Assembly: GCF_000002075.1 (NCBI RefSeq)
Contig: NW_004797592.1
Span: 80,759-136,603, forward strand
Length of the DNA stretch: 55,845 bases
Origin: Aplysia californica
Taxonomy: Eukaryota
Direction: 5' to 3'
Made by a program: the position numbers and the translations under genes. Shown piece by piece: positions 1 through 10,200 of this stretch. Under the pieces are notes generated by a model, which was given only the letters and a program-made list of their open reading frames with translations, was not told the DNA's origin and searched no databases. Position 1 is the first letter of the stretch; every line of letters starts with the position of its first letter.

Positions 1-6
1 CACACA

Positions 7-40
<34 letters not shown>
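1..40. repeat. (CA)n microsatellite
   Basis: Directly visible in the sequence. Confidence 0.95.
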
Positions 41-43
<3 letters not shown>

Positions 44-194
44 TATCCTTCTCCGGGATCAATAAAAGTGTAATTTATTTTCTATTAATTTATTATACTG
101 CACAAAGGGGATATGGGTATACTAAACTTTTCACATTAAAGTGTGATCATTTCATGTTGTTCTCAGAAACTGCAATCTCTGGTTGGTCTTCAAA

Positions 195-462
195 ATGGAA
201 AGCGTCTCACAGATCCTCTCCAAACTCCAGGTCTTCTGCGTCATCGTTGTTGCGATTCTCACGCCAGAAGCTGACGGAAAAATTTACGACCTGTCACATG
301 TGCACTCATCAGACTTATTTTACTTTCCCGGGAGTTTGCCTTACAACCGGACCCATGTCATTGCCAGGGATATTAAACCTGGGATGTATGTGAACGCCGC
401 TGTGATTACCAGTGGAGAACACGTTGGGACACACATGGACGCGCCAGCCCACTTTGTTAGAG
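195..462 (+). CDS. Cyclase gene, coding exon 1 (signal peptide + HxGTHxDxPxH)
   Basis: ATG at 195 (caaaATGG); acceptor ttctcag ending 166; donor G|gtttgg at 463. Confidence 0.9.
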
Positions 463-1190
463 GTTTGGTTTGACCCTTTTTGAGGTTTGATACTAAAAGT
501 GCTTTTGTTTTTGTTTTAGAAGACGTTTTACGACGCTCGCAACTGCATACGGTCATATGAGCGCCAGAAGATTAGATGTGTTACAAGAGAGAAACAAACA
601 TAAAAAAGAAGGAGGGGGGATAAGGACGATAGATATTTGATAGGAAAAAAGCACCAAACCACACCGGAGCACCCGCCAACCACCCACACTAAAAGTGCTT
701 TGACCCGTTACTTGAGTCTTTGACAGTTTGTTAAAGGTTTTATTCTTTTTGCTAAAGGATTAATATTTTGTTAGAAGTTTTGTTATTTATTTGAGATTTT
801 GACATTAAAATTTTGCTTCAGAGCTTGTTTCTTTGTTAGGCTAGAGAGAATTGTCCCAGCAAATACTTGACTATAATCACGAAAATCTTAAGCATGTGTT
901 CTGCATTCAATAACGAAGCGCGTAACCTCTAGACCTTCACCTCAGATGACGGCTCCACTGGAGCGGTCTTCCATAAGTTATCCTCTAAATACCTTAGCTT
1001 TATTTTTAGAAAAATCCAGAACAGTTTTCTTTTTTTTGTTGATCTTACTTTCAGATTTGTTTGTTGGTGTTTGTGCAGTCGATTTTAGATTTCCATTAAT
1101 TCTTTAACGCACTTAGAGCATGGGAGGTTGACCTAAAGATCTAAACAGGGAACTTAACTCGCTAGTTTAATTAAAGAGATTTTCTTTTTA

Positions 1191-1280
<90 letters not shown>

Positions 1281-4200
1281 CATTAATTTTGTCTCATCTG
1301 AATTTCTGCCTATTTTTAGGATTACTTCAATTCCTAGAATGCTTACAGCGAAGTTTTATTCTTGTTTTTAGGTGGGGACCCTTTGGAGAAAGTTTCTGTG
1401 GAGAGAACAATAGCGGACGGGGTGCACATCAACTGTCGTGCAGAGGCTGCAGCACATAGAGATTACATGGTACCTATGCAGGTATGTGCCGGAGAGAGAA
1501 GGTAACACCGATCATCCTTAAGAGGGTGAAAGACTGTATAAACTGTCTATACAGTAGGCATTTGAGCCGAAAATACATGTATTATAATATATTATAATTA
1601 TACTCAACTGGCCTCCGTACCACAATAAGCCGAAGACCCAGGAAGTTGTTTCACTAACAAGGCAATCCCCAATGTCCGGATCGGATGTGGGAACAACTTT
1701 ACTTTACTCAACTCCATTAAAGAGCGGGGGGGGGGGGGGGGGCTACACCCCGAAAGTCCTCAGTCGGCTCAAAATTATGGATTTTTAGTTGTAGACATTA
1801 TTATCTTCTTTAGCTGTTCTTACAACTACAGGGTACCAAATTACAACATTCTAGTACTAGTCAACAACAAAAAACCTGTACAACTTTTTTCTGAATATCT
1901 CGCGCAAAACGTGTGCTAGAATGCTGTAATTTGGAACAGATATAATTCATTCAAAAGGAATTTGCTTGACATGAAATTCAGAAAGAAGAAACTCATGCAA
2001 CAATTTAAAAGATCTTGTAAGAAAGTCATAAAACGATTGGTTTGTTATTTCCTTTCCCTTTATTTTTAAAATCAAAATCTTTCCATCCCTGTAACCTTAA
2101 AAACAATATTTCTTTTCTCCTACAGAGGTAATACTAAAGATCTGTCTGTTGAATTATTGATATATGGAATAGATTTTTGTTGGTGGTGTCTGGAGTGTGG
2201 ATTTTCACGGATTTTTCGCAAACTTGAATGCTACCTCAGGAAAAAATTCATTACAAATTTTCTAATTCGATTAGGAAAAAAACAACAAAGACATTTTTAG
2301 ATCTAATGTTTGTGAACACGCATGCAAAAAAACAATCAATTTCCATGAGCGGTAAGTGCGGTATTCATTACGTAAGACATGTCAATAAAATCCAATATGG
2401 CGTCGTATCCATGGAAACGAAACTTTTTTTCTCAAATTTGATTGCGGATTTTAAGACTCCTTACTATGCTTGTTATATGTGTGAAATTTGGTAAAATTCG
2501 GTCCAGTAATAAGCGAGATAGCCTCCAGGTGTAACCCCCCCCCCCCCCTTAAAAAACATATTTTGTAAGTTCTAAAATTTCGAGAACCAAAAGTCTATAT
2601 GTCCTCCTTTGGACTCGACACAATTTAACACAACGTTCATAATGTTCAGTGAAGGCCAAACACATGGATCCACTCAACCATGAGTACTCAAATCCACACA
2701 AACTGTACACCTTACAGTATCGAGCTGTTTCTAGTGACAATAGGGGAAGGGGGGTGAGGTTGCCCATATAGACAGTATTTGTGGAGTTGATATAACCTGA
2801 AAGGTGAATATGGGCTTTGCCACGGAACCAAATGTCATAGAAGAAATGTTCACGCTTTTCAAGACGATCGAGAAATCATGAACACATTGCTATCCTCTGA
2901 AAGCTTCGTGAACGGGAAAATGGGACAGTCGTAGATGAAGAACTACCTTGAGGAATGTGGACCGTTGAGATGTAGGAAGTCATTGGTGCGGTATTCATTA
3001 TGTAGTTGTTGTTTTCAAATCCCTTTAGCTGCGAGCATTTCGCTCTTGGCAGCGCAATGCCTCCCTCAAGTAACCACATGTCCTTGTCATCTGGTCAACG
3101 CCAGAGTACAGCAGGCTTTGTAAGTCTGTAGGTAAGTGTAGGAGCTTGCGTCGAAGAACTGCCAGGTTTGGGCAGGGAAGGAGAAGATGTTCAACGGTCT
3201 CCTCGTGGTAGTCACAGTGTCTGAAATGGGGTTCCCACATGGGGTTGATTCTGTTTATGTGCTTGTTGGTGTGTAAGTGGCCTGTGCGGGCGCTGAAGAT
3301 CAATGTCTGATCGGCTCTACATAAAAGATTCGAAGGGTCTTTGGGGTTGGGTTTGTCCATGTACCCGAAGAGAGATCTTCCTGTTTCTGCGTTGGCCCAT
3401 CTGTTTAGCCACTCGTCTCTGCTTTTGGCTTGGATGATCCCTCTGCAGGTCTGTAAAGAGGCGGTTGTGTCTGTCTGGGGCAGGCTTGCTCTAGTCTTCG
3501 ATAGATGGTCTGCAGTCTCATTCCCTGATACTCCAGAATGGCCAGGCACCCACTGCAGTGTGACCCTGACGCCATAGGAAGTGCCCATCTGTTTTACAAG
3601 GCTGAGGATGTTCTCGTCACCTCTGTAGTCTCCTCCTCCTTCGACGGCTTGGAGTACTGACATTGAGTCAGAGAAGACAACAACATCCCCTGATGTTACT
3701 GCGCCTTCAAAAAAGTCTTGGGCGATCTGTTCCAAGGTCTTTACTATGGCGATTCTCTCTGTATCATAGTTAGAGCTGTATGTTCCACATTGGCCAAATA
3801 GTTGGGTCTGCTTCTTCTCTCCAAGGTTGTTTCGATATTTGATGGTAGATCCGTATCCAGCATTCCGTGTAGCGTTTGTTGCTGACCCATCTGTGTATGC
3901 ATGGATTGGAGTTTCAGCATACGAGTCCACTGTCTCCAGGACGCTAGTTCTGAGGATTTCTTCAGGTGTGGTCTTGTCACAAGAAGGGTCTAGAAGTCTC
4001 GTCCTTATTGTGATTTCTGGTGTCTGCCAATATGGAGGTTCGCTGCTGATGTTGGTGATTGGTTCTCTGTTCTTGGGTAGGTCAAACTCCTCAAGTAGTT
4101 TTGTTGCTTCTCGCATAAAGGAGGTCTTCTGGATGCGTGTTTTTGGTTCCCACTCATCTGCCATTTTCTTGTTTTCGTTCGTGTCTTCTAGCCGCGCAAA

Positions 4201-7200
4201 TCTTTCATAGGTTTCGAGTGTAGCACTCTTTCTTCTGAGGTCCAGCGGTTCTATGTTGGTGTGGATTTCGCAGGCGCTTGTAGGCGTGGTCTTCATCGCG
4301 CCATAAACAAATCTGAGTGCTTGGTTCTGTACTCTGTCAAGCTGTGCCAGGGAGCTTTGGCTGGCTATGGATTGAAGTGGTAGGGAGTAGTCAATCACAG
4401 ATCTGACATACCCTATATAAAGTTGTCGGAGAGTTGCTTTGTCAGCTCCCCAGTTGAGTGATGAAAGGTGTTTCAGAAGGTTTAGTCTGGAGGTGGCTTT
4501 CTTGGTCAGCCCCCCTAAGTGCTCTTTGAGAGACAGCTTTCGGTCCAGTTGTACACCAAGGTACTTGGGATAGTCCTCATGTCTGATGGTGGTTCCATTG
4601 ATCTTAAGGTTTACCTGACTTGCTGTAACTTTGTTTATGAGGCTGAAGAGTCCAAAAACAGTCTTGTCTGTGTTGATCTCCATCTTCCATAGCTGGCAGT
4701 AGGACGAGATAGTAGTCAGGTCTGCGTTGATGGCTTGGTTCAGTGCTCTCATGTCACTTCCTTTGCTCCATATGAGCAAGTCGTCAGCGTAAAGTGCTTT
4801 CTGACAGGAGATGACATCTGGCAAGTCGTTCATGAACAACAGGAAGAGGGTACAGCTGAGTGCTGACCCCTGTGGGAGGCCTTCCTCAAATGTCCTCTGT
4901 GAAGAAACCTTGCTGTCACATGACGTCTTGATAGTTCTGCAAGACAGAAAGTTCTTGATCCAGCTGTACATCCTTCCTACTATCCCAAGCTTTTGCATTT
5001 TGTAGAACAGTCCCTGTCTCCACACACGGTCATACGCCTGCCTCAGGTCGATGAAGAAGGCCACAACATTGTCTTTATCTTGAAAGGCATCGCTGGTCTT
5101 CTGGGCAAATCTGATGAGGTGGTCCATAGTTCTTTTGCCTTTCCTAAATCCTGCCTGTGAAGTGCTGATTGTTCCGGTGCTTTCCATTCACCAGTACAGT
5201 CTGTCGTTGACCATTCTCTCGATGACCTTACCCAGGCATGATGTTAAAGAGATTGGTCTGTAGCTTGAAGGCTGGCTTGATGGTTTGTCCTTCTTTAATA
5301 TCGGTGTGATGTTTGCTTTCTTCCATTCTGTTGGGAGCTGTCCCTCATTCCAGGTCCTGGTGTAGAAGCCCAGGAGTATGGAGAGGGAAGAGTCTGTCAG
5401 GTTGAGGATCATCTCATTGGTGACTTGGTGTGGTGCTGGGGCCTTTCTCTTTTTACACTTTTTGAGGGCTGCCTTCAATTCCGTCGGAGTAAACTCCTTC
5501 TCAAACACCTCCAGGTTTGTCTTGGGGGTCTGTTCTACCCTTTTGGTCAGCTGCTTTATTGCATGGCTCAGTTTGTTCTGGTTTCCTTTCTTGTTGATGC
5601 TAGCAAAGTATTTATTCATAACCTCAGCTCTGCATGTTTCTCCTTTCTCAGTTGGTTTCATTGGGGCGGGGTTTTTCCTTCTTTTTGTACCTGAGAGATT
5701 GGTAAGCAGGTTCCAGGCTTTCCTCCCGTCCTTACGCAGGTCTAGTTCTCCACAGTGTTCTCTCCATGTTTGTCTTTTTGCACTTTTGGTCTTCAGCTTT
5801 ACCTTGGCAGTCAGCTAGTTATAGTGCTTTCTGTTTTCGGCCGTTGGGTTCTTCTCAGCACGCCGTCTAGCTTTCTTTCTGGCCTTGGTCAGTTGTTCCA
5901 GTTCTTTGTCCCAATAAGGGCGAAACTTCTTAGGGTTCCCTCTTGGAATCGCTTCCTTAGCAGATGTCTTTAGTGCTGAGGTGATGTCCTTGTAGCACTC
6001 ATCAATTAGGTTGGTCGTGCATACATCCAGGAGTCTACTTTCAGATTTCTGTTGGTAGAGTTCCCAGTTTGCTTTCTTGTAGTTCCAACTGCGTCTTATG
6101 GGGTTGGTCGGTTCTCGTTTCCTGTGGCTGGATATTTGCAGTAGGATTGGGCGGTGGTCACTTCCTATGTCATCTAGGACAGTCATGGAGCAGTGCGGGT
6201 GAAGGTCAGCGGAGACCAACGTCAAGTCTGGTCTGCTGAGAGTTCCGCTGGCTCTATGAAGTAGGGTGAGATGTGTCTTGTCATTCTGAAGTGAAATGAG
6301 GTTGCTGGATCTCAGTAGTTCTTCTAGAACTGTTCCTGTCGTGTCTGTATCACTGTAACCCCACAGTGGAGAGTGTCCATAGAAATATCCCGCAAGAATG
6401 GTATGTTTATGGTCTGTATTCGGGAAATTGAGCTGGAGAGTAGATCTCGGCGGGAAGTATACATTGTAGAAGGTGTAGGTTGTTCCATCCGACTGCTGCA
6501 CATTCACTTCCTGCATGTCAGTCTCGTCATCGGTTTCTGGGTGAGAAACCTCAGCAGTGATGTCATTACGAATGAGGGTTGCGATACCTTGACATTTGGT
6601 GCACTTGTAGTGGTACATTGTGTAGCCTGTCAAATGGAGCTCTATCCGCTTGGGTAGTTGGGTTTCCTGTAGCAGGGCTACATGAATTCTTAAGTCTGAC
6701 AGTGTCTTTGCAAGCTCCATTTTCTTGTTCTGTATAGATGAAATGTTCAGTTGGAGTATATTCAATGTCTGTGTGTCTGTAGGTTGGGGGGTCTGTAGTG
6801 TCTGTGTGTTGCTTGTGGCCCCTATACCTGTAGTGTGGGTCCCAGTAGCTGACTTGTCACTCCCGCCCTCGGGTGAAGGCAGAGAGCGCGGACCTTGATA
6901 ACCGAGGTGACATCCGAGCTCGTATAGTTTCATTTGTCGTAAAGGCATTTTATTGGTTAGGGGGTTGTGAAGGCTTGTATGAAACCCTGTAGGATCTCAG
7001 GTAGGTGGGAGTCTTGTCCTGACACTGGCTTGTACCCAAACATCTTGCCACAAGAGAACAAAGGTGCAATGTTCACTGTCCTGTTTTCCATCAATCTTCA
7101 CGGGGATTTCTTAGACAGCAGACAACCATAGGGGGTGTAGGCGCACTCTAGTTCTGGGAGATGGGAGCCACAAAGTGCAACCAATGACAAGTGATCATCT

Positions 7201-10200
7201 GAGCAGTCCAGTAAGGGGTCCTATTGAGTAAGGGGTAACGCGTTTCTTCCACAGTGAGTCGTCTGCAACACCAAGCATAGCTTGCGTTTGCCCAATCCCT
7301 GCCACCTGCTGTCTCCTGGCTATCTGCTATTAATATTTCCGTTCATGGGGCAGAGGGGTGGCCAAATCTACTCAGACAGAGGATGGTCACGTCATGGGTC
7401 AGCGAGCATTTGCCAGGATATCTGCAGGGATGTCATCTGTTTCCAGGCAGCCTATTCCTTACAGCTACAAGGCCTTCTGGGTCCGCGGAGACATCTCACG
7501 GTGAGTCATCTGGCAGTCTGTGGGTACCATGCCCCGTCTGTAGAGCGAGAGGGAGGGAAGAAGATGTCAACAGTGAGTTCCTGAATGAACAGGTTGGCCT
7601 GCTGGGACGCCAGACCTACCATAATGGTGGAAGTGTATGAACCCTTCTACGAGCCGAAGGGTCGTTGCTCACTTCGCACCTCACAGGGCTATGGTACCTC
7701 CTGGCCAGAGCTCCGTCTGCAACCCCTACTCCTATGCACAGAGCAAGGGTCCCCAGGACGGGGGGTTGACGTGGTTGAGGTTGGCTTGCCAAAGAGCGTC
7801 TGGGGTTTCACCCTCAACCCTTACAGCCATGTTGACGTGTCAACAAAATTCAAAATGGCCGCCGTATCCATGGAAGCCAAACTTTTTTCTCAATTTGATT
7901 GCGGATTTTAAGACTCCTTACCATGTTTGTTATGTATTTGAAAGTTGGTAAAATTTGATCTACTAATAAGCGAGATAACCTTCAGGCGTACCCCCTCCCA
8001 CTAAAAACACCTCACTTAATCATATCTGTACGTCGTGTTTTACAAACGTATCCATACAACGCTTACCAAAGAGGAAATTTACTCGTTAATCCGATCCGTA
8101 CGCTTTGCATAGTAGTCTGTCAAAATGATTTTTGGAGAAATAATGAAGGTTTCAAAGAGATCTTAGCACTAGAAGTATTCTAAAATGTGAAGAATACAAC
8201 CCCTGGGGTACAAAATGACCCCAGGTGTACGGATTGGGTGGAATGAAAACTATGACTGCGGTTAATACATGCGTTTGCACAGCAGTGTAGCCTAATGACT
8301 TACAGTATTACCAAGAAATATTGAACAAAAGATATGGTCTGAATTCAAGTATGGCAGCCTCGTGCTGCAATGGTGGCGGGTATTCGACGCTGCATAGACC
8401 GAGCAGGACTTGAAATGGTTCTCTATGGTATGTCGTTCCATTCTGCGGTCAGTGCATCACGAAGTTTTTGTACATTGGCGATCCGATAGCTAGTGTATGC
8501 TACACCCTGCACTCTAGTTCGTACCACAAAGGTCCACTGGACTCAAGTCGGCTGAATAAGGAGGCCATTGCATGCGATTAAATCGCTGTGTATTTAGTTA
8601 CGCTGCACTGACACGCGCAACATGGGGTCTGGATTCATACTAAAAGTATGAACGTGTGAGCGTTTCCAGAAAGAGAGGCAACGTGAGCATGCAACACGTC
8701 CTGGCTATACGTCAAAGCGTTGACAGTTTCATCGAAAACATGCGGAGGTGTCCTGAGGTCGGAGCTATTCCAGCCAAAAATAGTTAGTCTTCCTGCTCCC
8801 CACATGACTCTCTGAGCAACAAAACAGTCGGCCTACCGATCCCTGCTGAGTCGCCAAACTCTTTTTCTTCCATCATAATGACTTACGGAGAATCTAGACT
8901 CGCCAGGTGCGCGCTCATACGACCTTACGCAATTGTGAGCGCCGTAAAACTCTTGCTATGAAACTGAAAGACTCGTCAGGAAACATAACTCTGTCACAGC
9001 CTCTGGGCGTCCATTTTGAGTGCTGGTTGTACCAGTCTTAACGGGTGTGTCGGTGTGCAGCATTAAGCACATAGCCTTCCTAGGGTCTACGTTTTCTTAA
9101 ACCTGCTTCTGTCAGTTGGAGCCAATGGTGGCAGCACTTACTGTACCTCTAGTTCCCTGTTCTTGTTTAGTTTATGCTTATAATGATTAATTTTGAAACC
9201 TTTACGTTCTCTGTGTTCCTAGATTCCTAGATATTGCCGTATCCCCTATAACGACCAGCACTATCGTGTACGTAACATCCTCTTTGTTCTTAGGCATTGT
9301 TCAATCTATGTAAACAATGTTTTCGAATTGCTGTATATATGTGTATGTATGGTACTTGCCTAGGTCACCTTATTTCACACTAATAAAGTAGACACACTGA
9401 TAAAAAAGTGACCTTATTATATTAAAGTGGCAGAGTTTTTCGACTATGGTGCCTGACCTTTCCCAAGTTCGCTTAAGACCCACAAAACAGTGCTTCGCCT
9501 TTCCTCGACATTCTCTCGGTTTTCTGGCTCACTTTGGAAATAGTCTGGTGACCCCTGCCTTACCCTCTTTGTGCCGGGACACTATTGGCTGGGTCGGTCC
9601 ATTCTAGCAGAAAGATGAAGACCCGGATAGGATATCTTTCTTTCGTACTGTCACTACTATTAGTACTGCAACTGTTACTACCACTACCATTGTTGCTTCT
9701 CCTCGTTTCCACAGAAAATTCTTGACTGGGAAAAGGAAAATGGGCGTATCCCGGACGGAGCGGCGGTCCTTTTCAACTTCGGCTGGTCTCTTCGCTTTAA
9801 CAACATCACAGACTATGCAGGCTCAGACCAACTGGACGACCAGTTTACCTTTGTCCAGCCTGCCGTGACCGCTGAAGTTGGACAGTGGCTACTTCGTGAG
9901 AGGAAGATGAAAATCATTGGAGTTGACACCTTTTCTCCGGATCCCTCACTTTTAAACGGAACAGCAGTAACCGAAATGCCCAACCATCACAATATATTGG
10001 GAGCAGGGAGTTTGATTGTAGAGAATATGAAGGTATGGCATGGAGTGGTACAATGTACTTAATGTTATGGCTTTAACGCCCCGTTTGACATTATATTATG
10101 GTTGTTTATGTGACGATGTCTCCGAATGTTTAGTCCATTTCCGATAGGACAGTGCCAATCAAATAGAAAGAAATGAATAGTTTGCATATATACAATTTCA

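Noticed and set aside
195-462. Bacterial contamination or recent HGT of kynB
   Set aside because: The gene has three spliceosomal introns filled with host-type TEs; an ancient transfer cannot be judged without a phylogeny.
5188-5817. In-frame TGA/TAG in the LINE as programmed readthrough or selenocysteine
   Set aside because: Single-base changes (for example TGG>TGA) explain them, and catalytic motifs also carry substitutions.
6850-7200. 2A ribosome-skipping peptide reported in some Ingi elements
   Set aside because: No D(V/I)ExNPGP motif found; only GYQGP.
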